DNA from: an uncultured Tropicimonas sp.
Lineage (GTDB): Bacteria > Pseudomonadota > Alphaproteobacteria > Rhodobacterales > Rhodobacteraceae
Direction of reading: 5' to 3'
Assembly (NCBI GenBank): GCA_947497945.1
Contig: CANMIP010000024.1
Coordinates: 30,371-94,370 of the forward strand
DNA: 64,000 bases
The position numbers and the translations under genes are program-made. This document shows positions 55,680 through 63,919 of this stretch, in pieces; within the stretch, counting starts at the first letter, position 1; each line of letters begins with the position of its first letter. Below the pieces are notes generated by a model that saw only the letters and a program-made list of their open reading frames with translations, did not search any database and had not been told where the DNA came from.

Positions 55680-55707
55680 GAAAAAGGCCGCTCCTTTCGG
55701 AGCGGCC
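55680..55707 (-). terminator. Intrinsic terminator of ndk (hairpin usable on both strands)
   Basis: Minus strand reads GGCCGCTCC-GAAA-GGAGCGGCC followed by TTTTTC, 25 nt after the ndk stop. Confidence 0.75.
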
Positions 55708-55731
55708 GATCCGTGTCGTCCTTCAGGACGA

Positions 55732-56154
55732 TCAGCCGACCAGTTCGAGGCCGGAGAAGAAATAGGCGATCTCGACGGCAGCGGTTTCCGGCGCGTCGGA
55801 GCCGTGGACCGAGTTTTCCCCCAGCGACAGGGCAAATTCCTTGCGGATGGTGCCGTCAGCGGCTTCGGCGGGGTTGGTCGCCCCCATGACTTCGCGGTTC
55901 TTCAAGATCGCGTCCTCGCCTTCGAGCACCTGCACGACGACCGGCTCGGAGGTCATGAACGTGGTCAGTTCGTCGAAGAAGGGGCGCTCCTTGTGCACCG
56001 CGTAGAAGACGCCGGCCTGGGCCTTGGTCATCTGGATGCGCTTCTGAGCAACGATGCGCAGGCCGGCGGCCTCGAACTTGGAGTTGATGATGCCGGTCAG
56101 GTTCCGCTTGGTGGCGTCGGGCTTGATGATGGAGAGCGTACGTTCGGTGGCCAT
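55732..56154 (-). CDS. ndk: Nucleoside-diphosphate kinase
   Basis: [38 protein letters not shown]...[20 protein letters not shown]. 140 aa with the canonical active-site NxxHGSD. Confidence 0.95.
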   Translation of the reverse strand: MATERTLSIIKPDATKRNLTGIINSKFEAAGLRIVAQKRIQMTKAQAGVFYAVHKERPFFDELTTFMTSEPVVVQVLEGEDAILKNREVMGATNPAEAADGTIRKEFALSLGENSVHGSDAPETAAVEIAYFFSGLELVG

Positions 56155-56494
56155 TGGAGGTCTCCCTGGGCGATAATGAATTCCGTTGCGCCCTAGCATG
56201 GGGGCGCCGGGTTGAAAAGCCCCGGACCGCCCGGTCGGTTGACGATCCATGCAGACATTGCCTGAGCGCGCAGAGCGGCGCCGCACAGGGCCCGGGCACT
56301 TAGAGCGGCCGGCGTCCTGCTGCCGCTGTGAAAACGCCGGCTCCCGGCCGCTGCGGATTGCGTTTAGTCGGCCGCTGAAATGCAACAAGGCGCCTCACGG
56401 GGAGGCGCTGACGAGTGCGCGCATCGGCGTTGGGGCGCCCGCTCGGCAGACGCGGAATAGAGGCGATTCCGGCTGTCGGCGCGTCGGCGCCGCG

Positions 56495-57076
56495 TCAGTT
56501 ATGCTGCTGGTTGCGCTGCTGGGGCGGGCCGCCCTGCTGCATCGGGCCGCGGTTGGAGCGGTCGCCCTCCCGGCCCATGTTTCCCTGCAGGTTGCGGGAC
56601 CGGCTCTTGAGCCGATCGGCAAATGCCGCACGTTCGGCCGCAGACATGCCTTCCAACTGCTGGATCATCACCTCGAGCCCGACATCGCGGCTCCGGGTCG
56701 CAAGCTCGGATTGCCAGGCCATCGCCGCGCGCAGCGCATTTGCGTCAAACGGCTCCGCCCGGATCGCGTCGAGCGTCTGGACATAGGCGTCGCGCCACTC
56801 CTTGCGGCCTTCGCGCAGCTTCGGCTTGAAGCTGCCGGAGGCCTTTTCCAGCTGCTTGCGCTGGTCGGGATCCATTGCCATCAGGTAGGGCGCCAGGCCG
56901 AGATCCCGGGCGATCATGCGCGGATGCTCTTCCCCGCGCGAGACATTCAGGATCGCCCCGCCGACAATGCCGAGGATCACCATGTTCAGGGCCAGCGATG
57001 CGAAGAGCAGAATCCGGAGGCCAAGCCGGCGGCGCGGCTTGGCGGGAGCTTCGGGCGTTGGGACGTGTTCGCTCAT
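56495..57076 (-). CDS. Periplasmic heavy-metal-sensor / Spy-CpxP-ZraP-like protein with an N-terminal TM anchor
   Basis: TM LRILLFASLALNMVILGIVGGAIL. Helical body with LTxxQ-like repeats (MDPDQRKQL, MSAAERAAF). Gln/Gly/Arg-rich tail. Last gene of the ECF cluster. Confidence 0.6.
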   Translation of the reverse strand: MSEHVPTPEAPAKPRRRLGLRILLFASLALNMVILGIVGGAILNVSRGEEHPRMIARDLGLAPYLMAMDPDQRKQLEKASGSFKPKLREGRKEWRDAYVQTLDAIRAEPFDANALRAAMAWQSELATRSRDVGLEVMIQQLEGMSAAERAAFADRLKSRSRNLQGNMGREGDRSNRGPMQQGGPPQQRNQQHN

Positions 57077-57088
57077 CTCTTGCGGCTC

Positions 57089-57493
57089 CTATCCATCCGC
57101 CTGCAGGTCGTCGAAGGCCGGCAGCGAGTCGCCGATATTCATCTCGTATCCGTAATTGCTGTCCAGCACGGACAGGGTCAGGTCGTCGAAGGCCGTTGGA
57201 GGGTTGTAGCCGATCCAGACCCCGGCCACGGTCGCCGTGGCCAGCCCCGCAACCGCCGGCCAGCCGCCGATCGCATCCAGAAGGCTGCGCAGCAGACCGC
57301 GTGATCGCGGCGCGGGCACGGCCACAACCGGCTCTTCCGGCATCGCCGCCGCCATCCCGTCCTGCGCCTCATAGGCATCGGCCAGGACCCGTGCCAGCAG
57401 GTCCGGCGAAGCGTCCTGCGCGGTGTCTTCCCGCAGGGACTCCAGCAGCGCATCCAGCTCGCGCTCGCTATGCTTGTCGAATTCAGCCGTCAT
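57089..57493 (-). CDS. Putative anti-sigma factor (single-pass membrane protein)
   Basis: Overlaps the ECF sigma stop by 11 nt. Acidic N-terminal region and one TM (GGWPAVAGLATATVAGVWIGY). Called mainly from position. Confidence 0.45.
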   Translation of the reverse strand: MTAEFDKHSERELDALLESLREDTAQDASPDLLARVLADAYEAQDGMAAAMPEEPVVAVPAPRSRGLLRSLLDAIGGWPAVAGLATATVAGVWIGYNPPTAFDDLTLSVLDSNYGYEMNIGDSLPAFDDLQADG

Positions 57494-58082
57494 CGCTCAA
57501 CCCCAGTTCTGCGCGGCGGCCCTTCAGCAGGCTGGCCAGCGCTCTCTTGCCCCGGGCGGTCAGACTTTCGACCGCCTCGACGCCGATTTCCATCACAGCG
57601 GCAATCTCGGGATTGGACAACCCCTCCAGGTGGCGCAGCACCACCGCCGTCCGCTGCCGCTCCGGCAATTCCGCCAGCGCGGATTTCAACGCCGCCATCC
57701 GGTCCGCTTCCTGCAGACGTGCCTCGGCGCCGGGCTGCTCGTCCTCGGGCTCCACGCCTTCACCGAAAGCGTCGTCCAGACCCACCCCGCGTCGCCGCCG
57801 CAGCCGGTCGGTGCACAGGTTCGACGCCACCCTGTAGAGCCATGTCGAGACCTGCGCCTCGCCGGCCCGCCAGTCTGGCGCGATCTTCCAGAGCCGCAGC
57901 ATCGCCTCCTGCGCCACGTCCTCGGCCTCGGAGCGGTCCCCGAGCATCCGCCCGGCCAGCGACAAAACCCGCGGCGTCAGGCGCAGCGTCAGCACGCGCG
58001 CCGCCGCCCGGTTGCCGCCCGCAAAGAGCGCCAGGAGGGCTTCGTCCGTCAGCTCGGAGTCGGCGTCGAGTGGCATGGTCAT
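57483..58082 (-). CDS. ECF-type RNA polymerase sigma-70 factor
   Basis: Region 2 (EAEDVAQEAMLRLW..., STWLYRVASNLCTDRLRRR) and region 4 (LPERQRTAVVLRHLEGLSNPEIAAVMEIGVEAVESLTARGKRAL). Confidence 0.88.
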   Translation of the reverse strand: MTMPLDADSELTDEALLALFAGGNRAAARVLTLRLTPRVLSLAGRMLGDRSEAEDVAQEAMLRLWKIAPDWRAGEAQVSTWLYRVASNLCTDRLRRRRGVGLDDAFGEGVEPEDEQPGAEARLQEADRMAALKSALAELPERQRTAVVLRHLEGLSNPEIAAVMEIGVEAVESLTARGKRALASLLKGRRAELGLSDDG

Positions 58083-58182
58083 GGTTTCCGTGGCCTAGCC
58101 TTGATCTCCCCCCGGACGCAATGGCCCCGGGGAAAAGCCCCGCGCGACGCCTCGCCGCGCGGAGCCGGTCTCACCGGCGCGA

Positions 58183-58785
58183 TCAGTTGCGCCAGAAAGG
58201 AACGAAGCCGCGATCGCCGCGGTCGCCACGACCGCTCTTGCCGCCACGGTCGCCCTTGCCGCCGAACCGGCCTTCACGCATGCCGTCCTGGGCCATTTCC
58301 TGCATCTTGGCGAATTCCTCTGCGCTCAGCGCGCCGTCATTGTCGACATCGAAGCGCTGGATCATGCGCTCGCCGCGCTCGGTATCGGTGCCGCGCTTGC
58401 CGACACGCTCGCCCATGGCCGCCTTCATCTCCTCTTCGGAGACAAACCCGTCCTTGTCGGTGTCGAACCGGGAGATCATGGCTTCCTGGCGCCGGGCCTG
58501 GCGGTCGAGCTTCGCGGCCTCGGCGGCGGCGGTCATCTCGTCGCTGCTCAGCTTGCCGTCGCCATCGGTGTCGGCATCCTGGAAGCGCTTGGTCGCGGCC
58601 GCGTCGGCAAAGGCCTTCAGCTCTTCGGTGGTCACCTTGCCATCGCCATCGGCATCAAGCTCGGCAAAGCTCGGCGGATCCATCATCGGGCCCATCTGGG
58701 CGCCGCCAAAACCACGGGCGTTCGCGCCGGTGGTGACGAGAAGGCCAGTGACGATTGCGGTGGTCAGGAGTGTAATCCGGGTCAT
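58183..58785 (-). CDS. Secreted EF-hand calcium-binding protein (four EF loops)
   Basis: Signal peptide MTRITLLTTAIVTGLLVTTGANA. Loops DADGDGKVTTEE, DTDGDGKLSSDE, DTDKDGFVSEEE and DVDNDGALSAEE. Gly/Arg/Asp-rich tail. Confidence 0.85.
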   Translation of the reverse strand: MTRITLLTTAIVTGLLVTTGANARGFGGAQMGPMMDPPSFAELDADGDGKVTTEELKAFADAAATKRFQDADTDGDGKLSSDEMTAAAEAAKLDRQARRQEAMISRFDTDKDGFVSEEEMKAAMGERVGKRGTDTERGERMIQRFDVDNDGALSAEEFAKMQEMAQDGMREGRFGGKGDRGGKSGRGDRGDRGFVPFWRN

Positions 58786-59019
58786 GTTTCGTTTCCTGTT
58801 CTGTGAGTGCTTTGGGCGACTGTTCTCGCCGTTATGCTACTCCTACGGGCCGGCTCGGGGCTTCCGTCGCCATTTCGCAGTTTTTTTGTTTTTTCTACCA
58901 AACCGCACAGCCGGGGCGCATCGGAGCCGGACCCGCTTCCCGACCCGAAACTGGCTTCAAAATTCTGTATTCATGCGCTTTTCATAGATTATCCCGACCG
59001 TCGCGCCGCGAAAAGGAAA

Positions 59020-59047
59020 CGGTTTTCGACCGGTTCCGATCCAGCCA
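59020..59047 (-). terminator. Intrinsic terminator after the GNAT gene
   Basis: Minus strand reads GGAACCGG-TCGAAAA-CCGTTTCC (7 of 8 bp paired) followed by TTTTCG, about 35 nt after the GNAT stop. Confidence 0.5.
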
Positions 59048-59080
59048 CCTCCCCCGCAAGGATCTGCAACCCGCGCCGTT

Positions 59081-59605
59081 TCAGCCGCGCTCCAGCACGA
59101 ACATGTCCAGCTCGGCGGTCGAGAGGGTCGGGTCAATCTCGAAGCCCGCCTTCTGCAGGACCCGGGCGGAGGCGGGGTTGTCCCTGTCGACACCACCGAG
59201 CAGCCGCAAGCGCCCTGCCCCCTCCACCGCCGCGACAAGCCCGGACACAAGTTCCGATGCCAGCCCCTGCCCCCAGGCAGATTCGGCGAGCAGGTAACCG
59301 ATATGCAAGCTGCGCCGCGCCTGTATCTCTTCGCCCTGCGCCAGCAGAACCAGCCCGACAAGCGCGCCGCCTTCTCGGCGCTCGACCAGCAGCACCTCGC
59401 TCTCCGCAGCCCTCGCATCGATCCAGCCCGCGATCCCGCCCCCGGCCTCGTGCAGCTGCAGCGACGGCGGAAGATGCGCCAACACGGGGTCGGTCAGGAT
59501 GCCGGCCAGCGCCCGCTCGAGCGCCGCGCGCAGCGGGGCGTCCTCCAGGGTCCGGCGCCAGCCATGGACCGAAAGCCGCGGTGTCGTGAACCGATCCACG
59601 ATCAT
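59081..59605 (-). CDS. GNAT-family N-acetyltransferase
   Basis: Acetyl-CoA motif A region (YLLAESAWGQGLASELVSGLV) and NPASARVLQKAGF. 4-nt overlap with the upstream gene. Confidence 0.8.
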   Translation of the reverse strand: MIVDRFTTPRLSVHGWRRTLEDAPLRAALERALAGILTDPVLAHLPPSLQLHEAGGGIAGWIDARAAESEVLLVERREGGALVGLVLLAQGEEIQARRSLHIGYLLAESAWGQGLASELVSGLVAAVEGAGRLRLLGGVDRDNPASARVLQKAGFEIDPTLSTAELDMFVLERG

Positions 59606-60753
59606 CGCCGCGCGCCGCCCTGCGCCTCGGGCAGGACCAGCTCGAACACCGCCGCGCCAAGGCAGCGCCCGTTCACATGAATGCGCAGTTCATGGCGCCC
59701 CGGATAGAGGGTGAAGGTGGTCGCATCGCCCTTGAAACGGTGTTTCTTGCGCAGCGTGACGGTCTGTCCCGCCGGCAGCACGGTATCCTTCAGCCGGAAC
59801 ACCTTCTCGCCCCGCCGCCCGCCGGCTTTCTCGAATTCCACCACGTAATTGACCAGAACCGGCACCGGTTCCGCCGCCTTCAGCGCCACCGTCAGCTCGA
59901 GCTCATCCCCGATCGCGAGCGGGTCCGGCGACAGGTCCAGTCCCTCCAGCGTGACCGGCGCCTCCGCCCTGTAGCCCAGCAGCGCCAGCGCCCGCCCGTC
60001 GCCCGCCTTGAGCAGGGTCCGCGACGCGTGACGCGCCATCCAGGCCATTTCCTTCGGCGCCTGCCGCCCGGCATCGCGCCAGGCCTCCAGCCGCGCAAGC
60101 ACGGTTTCCGGGTCGCGCTTGGCAATATCGTTGAGATGGTTGGCAACCGAGCGTGTCACATAGCGCGTTGGATCGGCGTGGAGCCGGTCGAGAAGCGGCA
60201 ACGCCCGCTCCGGCGGCAGCGAGATCGCCCGCGCCCAGGGCAGCTTCGGCCGTGTTCCCTCGCTGACCAGCCGCCGGACATGGTAGTTGGGATGTTCTGC
60301 CCAGAGCGCCATCCGGTCCAGCACCTCCTCCGGCCAGCGGTTCAGGAAGGCCCGGATCGACATCTCCATCGTGAATCGCTGCGTCAGCGCCTCCAGCAGC
60401 TCCAGCGCCGGTCCGGGCTGTTCCAGGCCCAGCCGCTCCACCACCACGCCAAAGGGCGCGAGGATGAAATCGCCGAAATCATCGTCGCTGAGGGTCGGGT
60501 CGAGCGGCTCCGGCAGCGCGCGCGCGATCACCGCCGCAGCGGCGGGAAACGCCGCAGGCAGCCGCGCCTGCAGGCAGTCCGCAATCCAGTCGATCCGCTG
60601 TTTCAGTTCCAGCTCGGGAAAGCGCGCGACGGCCTGTTCGACGAGACCCTGCCCGTCGAAACCGGGCGCCGCCGCCTCCATCCAGCCGGCCAGCAGGACC
60701 ATCTTCTCGCGATTGAAAAGCTGGTCCTTGAGGCTGAACCCCGCGTTGCTCAC
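59602..60753 (-). CDS. DNA alkylation repair protein family (AlkD-like HEAT repeats)
   Basis: The HPNYHVRRLVSEGTRPKLPW and YVTRSVANHLNDI blocks are typical of this family. 383 aa. Confidence 0.7.
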   Translation of the reverse strand: MSNAGFSLKDQLFNREKMVLLAGWMEAAAPGFDGQGLVEQAVARFPELELKQRIDWIADCLQARLPAAFPAAAAVIARALPEPLDPTLSDDDFGDFILAPFGVVVERLGLEQPGPALELLEALTQRFTMEMSIRAFLNRWPEEVLDRMALWAEHPNYHVRRLVSEGTRPKLPWARAISLPPERALPLLDRLHADPTRYVTRSVANHLNDIAKRDPETVLARLEAWRDAGRQAPKEMAWMARHASRTLLKAGDGRALALLGYRAEAPVTLEGLDLSPDPLAIGDELELTVALKAAEPVPVLVNYVVEFEKAGGRRGEKVFRLKDTVLPAGQTVTLRKKHRFKGDATTFTLYPGRHELRIHVNGRCLGAAVFELVLPEAQGGARR

Positions 60754-61529
60754 ATCGACAGGTTGGTTGCGCCGCCATCGAGCAGGACATTCTGTCCGAC
60801 GATGTATTGCGCCTGCTGGCTGCAGAGGAAGGCGCAGGTGGCCCCGAAATCCTCAGCCGTGCCGTATTTCCCGGCCGGGATCGTCGCCAGCCGCGCCGCC
60901 CTTGCCTCATCGACCGTGGTCCCGGCCTGCGCGGCGGCCCCGGCATCCAGGCTCACCATCCGGTCCGTCGCATGGATGCCCGGCAGGAGGTTGTTGATCG
61001 TCACCCCGCTCGACGCCACCTGCCGCGCAGTTCCGGCCACATAGCCCGTCAACCCCGCCCGTGCCGCATTGGACAGGCCCAGCACCGCCACCGGCGCCTT
61101 GACCGAAACGGAGGTGATGTTGACCACGCGGCCCCAGCCGCGCGCCATCATGCCGGGAAGCTGCGCCTTCATCAGCGCGATCGGAGTCAGCATATTGGCG
61201 TCCAGCGCACCGATGAAATCCTCGCGGTCCCAGTCGGACCACATGCCCGGCGGCGGCCCGCCGGCATTGGTGACGAGGATATCGACTTGCCCGGCAACCT
61301 CCAGGACCTTTTCGCGACCGGCCTCATCGGTCACATCCGCCGCCACGGCCTCGACCGAAACGCCATGCGCCGCACGGATCGCCTCCGCCGTCGCCTCCAG
61401 CGCCTCTGCCCCGCGCGCATTCAGCACCAGGTCGCAGCCCGCTGCCGCGAGCGCCTCCGCACAGCCGCGCCCCAGCCCCTTGGACGAGGCCGTCACAAGC
61501 GCCCGTTTGCCCGAAATTCCCAGATCCAT
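60750..61529 (-). CDS. SDR-family oxidoreductase
   Basis: MDLGISGKRALVTASSKGLGRG (TGxxxGxG variant), NAGGPP, and a C-terminal GQNVLLDGGA. Start ATG 61529. Confidence 0.85.
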   Translation of the reverse strand: MDLGISGKRALVTASSKGLGRGCAEALAAAGCDLVLNARGAEALEATAEAIRAAHGVSVEAVAADVTDEAGREKVLEVAGQVDILVTNAGGPPPGMWSDWDREDFIGALDANMLTPIALMKAQLPGMMARGWGRVVNITSVSVKAPVAVLGLSNAARAGLTGYVAGTARQVASSGVTINNLLPGIHATDRMVSLDAGAAAQAGTTVDEARAARLATIPAGKYGTAEDFGATCAFLCSQQAQYIVGQNVLLDGGATNLSM

Positions 61530-61679
61530 GTGATTTCCTTCCATCCGCCGCGCCCTTTCCGGGCCATTGCGCGGCAGACTGCACCGCCATCCGCTCCCCC
61601 GCAACCCCAAGGCAATTGACCCGCCCCCCGAAGGGGCGCTATCGGAGAGGATCAGAGCATCCTCCCGCCCGAAGGCTCC

Positions 61680-62705
61680 ATGACCGACACCGTTCTACAG
61701 GCCGACTACCATTGCCACGCGCTGCCCGGCGCGGCCTTCTCCGTGATTTCCGGCGCCAATCTCGGCGACCCGTTGCTCGGCGTCGAGGAGCTGTGCGCGG
61801 GCGATGTCTACCGGCTGGCGCAATCGGCGCAGGCGCTGCAGCTCGGCGTCAACGACCGGACCAGCCGCGGCGGCCGGGTGCTCTCGGGCGACGCGGACGG
61901 CCAGAAGCTTGCCGACGATACCGAGATCGGCCAGCCCGGCGCCGCGCTGCACCTTGCCGCCCGGCTGACCTTCCTCGCGCCGGAAGGCCAGAAGGTCGAC
62001 CTTCTGCTGCTCGAACTGACCACCGAGGACGGCACTGACTATGCCGCCGTGCCGATGGAGCCGATGGAGCCCGGCCGCGGCCACACGCTGATCGGCATCG
62101 ATGCCGCGCCGGGCCCGGTTCGGCTCGCCGACATCACCTCGCTCGCCTTCGGCCGCGGCACCCATGTCACGCTGGCCGATGGCCGCCAGATCGCTGTCGA
62201 GGATCTCAAACCCGGTGATCGCGTCCTGACCCGCGACCACGGCCCGCAAGCGCTGCGCCATGTTTTCCATCGCACGATCCGCGCCGTGGGCCCCTATGCG
62301 CCCGTCATCATCCCGCGCGACACGCTGGGCAATGCCGGCGACCTCGTGCTGTCGCAACAGCAGCGCCTCTTCATCTACCAGCGCGGCGTGGACCGGCTGA
62401 CGGAGACCGCGGAGATGCTGGTGAAGGCCGGCTATCTCGTCGACAATGAACGCATCTTCCTGCGCCCCGGGGGCTATTCGGATTTCTACACGCTGGTCTT
62501 CGATCACCACGAGGTGATCTATGCCGAATGCATCCCGGTCGAGAGCCTGGAGGTCAATGCCGCGACCCTGCACTCGCTGCCGGAAGAGATCGCCAGGGAG
62601 CTGCCCGATCTCGACCACCGGCCGCATTTCGGCACCGAGGCCGACCGCAAATCCGCGCGCGCCGCGCGCGAGAAGCTCTTCAAGGACCGCAACCCGTTTG
62701 GCTAA
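61680..62705 (+). CDS. Hint (Hedgehog/intein, bacterial intein-like) domain protein with an uncharacterised N-terminal domain
   Basis: Residues about 156-300, AFGRGTHVTLADGRQIAVEDLKPGDRVLTRDHGPQALRHV...DLVLSQQQRLF...FDHHEVIYAECIPVESL, match the Hint_2/BIL block order seen in Rhodobacterales proteins. No signal peptide. Confidence 0.8.
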   Translation: MTDTVLQADYHCHALPGAAFSVISGANLGDPLLGVEELCAGDVYRLAQSAQALQLGVNDRTSRGGRVLSGDADGQKLADDTEIGQPGAALHLAARLTFLAPEGQKVDLLLLELTTEDGTDYAAVPMEPMEPGRGHTLIGIDAAPGPVRLADITSLAFGRGTHVTLADGRQIAVEDLKPGDRVLTRDHGPQALRHVFHRTIRAVGPYAPVIIPRDTLGNAGDLVLSQQQRLFIYQRGVDRLTETAEMLVKAGYLVDNERIFLRPGGYSDFYTLVFDHHEVIYAECIPVESLEVNAATLHSLPEEIARELPDLDHRPHFGTEADRKSARAAREKLFKDRNPFG

Positions 62706-62778
62706 CCCGCCCGGAAAGACCCGCACCGGCCGAGCCGCCTAGCCGGGCCGAAGCTGCCGCCCGCTTCCGGGATCGGGA

Positions 62779-63402
62779 TCAGACCAGCGCCTTGATCACC
62801 GGCGTCCACTGTTCGCGCATCGGCCGGTAGACCGCCTGCGGACGGTCGAAGATCGTCATGCCCTGCTCGGCCAGATCCCCATAGGCGGTCCGCTCGGTGA
62901 TCCGCGCCGCCGGCGCCTGCCCGACCTTCTCGAAGAACATGTCCAGCCGCTCGGTTGCCTTGCCGCGCGTCTTCACCCGGTTGGCCACCAGCTCGATCCG
63001 CACCTTGCCCTTGCGGATGCGCTTGATCTCCTGGAGATCCCTGAGGAAACGCTTGGTCGAATCCGCGTCGAAGAAGGAGGGCATGACCGGGCAGATCACC
63101 GCCTTGGCCTCGGCCACGAGCTTCTGCGAATCCGCATCATAAAGCGCGCCGGGGGCGTCGATGATAACCCAGTCGATCCCCTTCGGGGTCTCGCCGAGGG
63201 ATTTATGCGAGGTCCAGTCCAGATGGGTAATCGGATTGACGTCCTTGGGGCGCCGCTTGAGCCAGCGCGTCGTCGATTTCTGCAGGTCCGCATCGGCCAG
63301 CGCCACCTTCCAGCCGCCATCGGCCAGCGCCGCCGCCAGGGTGATCGCCGTTGTCGTCTTGCCGCAACCACCCTTGCGATTGGCGATCAATACGGTCTTC
63401 AT
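62779..63402 (-). CDS. Small ParA/ParF-like (type Ib) P-loop ATPase
   Basis: Deviant Walker A NRKGGCGKTT and Walker B-like WVIIDAPG. The 207-aa length is comparable to ParF-type partition ATPases. Confidence 0.85.
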   Translation of the reverse strand: MKTVLIANRKGGCGKTTTAITLAAALADGGWKVALADADLQKSTTRWLKRRPKDVNPITHLDWTSHKSLGETPKGIDWVIIDAPGALYDADSQKLVAEAKAVICPVMPSFFDADSTKRFLRDLQEIKRIRKGKVRIELVANRVKTRGKATERLDMFFEKVGQAPAARITERTAYGDLAEQGMTIFDRPQAVYRPMREQWTPVIKALV

Positions 63403-63572
63403 CTGCTCTCCTCCTCAGCGGAATAATTGGTCTCGATAAACTGGCGGATGAACCCCCGGACCTCGCGCGCAGCACTCGTATCCATCTCCTCGCACAGGCG
63501 GATGAAGCGGTCCCGTTCCTCGGCCGTGATCCGGATCAACAGTTGCGCGTCCTTCTTCTTTTTCCCGGTCAT
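63399..63572 (-). CDS. Ribbon-helix-helix (CopG/ParG-like) small protein, 57 aa, absent from the ORF track
   Basis: My translation is MTGKKKKDAQLLIRITAEERDRFIRLCEEMDTSAAREVRGFIRQFIETNYSAEEESR. It has a basic tail, a beta-strand (LLIRIT) and two helices, which is the RHH pattern. The stop overlaps the ParA ATG (ATGA). Confidence 0.65.
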   Translation of the reverse strand: MTGKKKKDAQLLIRITAEERDRFIRLCEEMDTSAAREVRGFIRQFIETNYSAEEESR

Positions 63573-63592
63573 GACATCCTGCGCCTATCAAC

Positions 63593-63613
63593 TGTATATC
63601 TTGTGTATATACA
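63593..63613. promoter_or_regulatory. AT-rich repeat region upstream of the RHH gene: TGTATAT direct repeat plus palindrome TGTATATACA
   Basis: TGTATAT occurs at 63593-63599 and 63604-63610. The perfect 10-bp palindrome lies at 63604-63613, 20-40 nt upstream of the RHH ATG, in a sharply GC-poor stretch. Confidence 0.45.
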
Positions 63614-63661
63614 TCCCGCCTGAATGCAAGGGATCCTGGCCGCCGCCCACGCCAGTGGGCT

Positions 63662-63697
63662 GACAAAGCAAAAGGCAGCCATGTCTGGCTGCCTTTC
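63662..63697 (-). terminator. Intrinsic terminator after the DUF1127 gene
   Basis: Minus strand reads AAAGGCAGCC-AGACAT-GGCTGCCTTTTGCTTTG. GC-rich 7-bp stem extended by A-T pairs, followed by a T tract. Confidence 0.7.
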
Positions 63698-63757
63698 AGG
63701 TCGGTTCGAATTGTGTCTTGGGCGCCCCGTCGGCGCCGCCATCAGGCGGGCCCGACA

Positions 63758-63919
63758 TCAGACGCCGTAGACGGCCTTGCGGGCGATGCCGGCCGCATTC
63801 GCGATGTCGAGATCGTTGTCGAGGGCGGTTTCCAGCGGCATCGCGCGCAGTTCGCGCAACGTCCGTGCATAGGCAGCCCGCTTCTCGGCAGTCCGGCGGA
63901 GGGAAGCGATTAGTTTCAA
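63758..63919 (-). CDS. DUF1127 domain small protein, 53 aa, absent from the ORF track
   Basis: My translation is (TTG)KLIASLRRTAEKRAAYARTLRELRAMPLETALDNDLDIANAAGIARKAVYGV. It follows the DUF1127 pattern (R..Y..T..EL..L.D..L.D.GI.R..I). GGAGATAA RBS 5 nt upstream of the TTG. Confidence 0.65.
   Translation of the reverse strand: MKLIASLRRTAEKRAAYARTLRELRAMPLETALDNDLDIANAAGIARKAVYGV

Noticed and set aside
63713-63913. 66-aa plus-strand ORF listed in the track
   Set aside because: It is antisense to the much better supported DUF1127 ORF, which has an RBS, a family-like sequence and a downstream terminator. The plus-strand product is Arg/Gly/Ala-rich with no signal.
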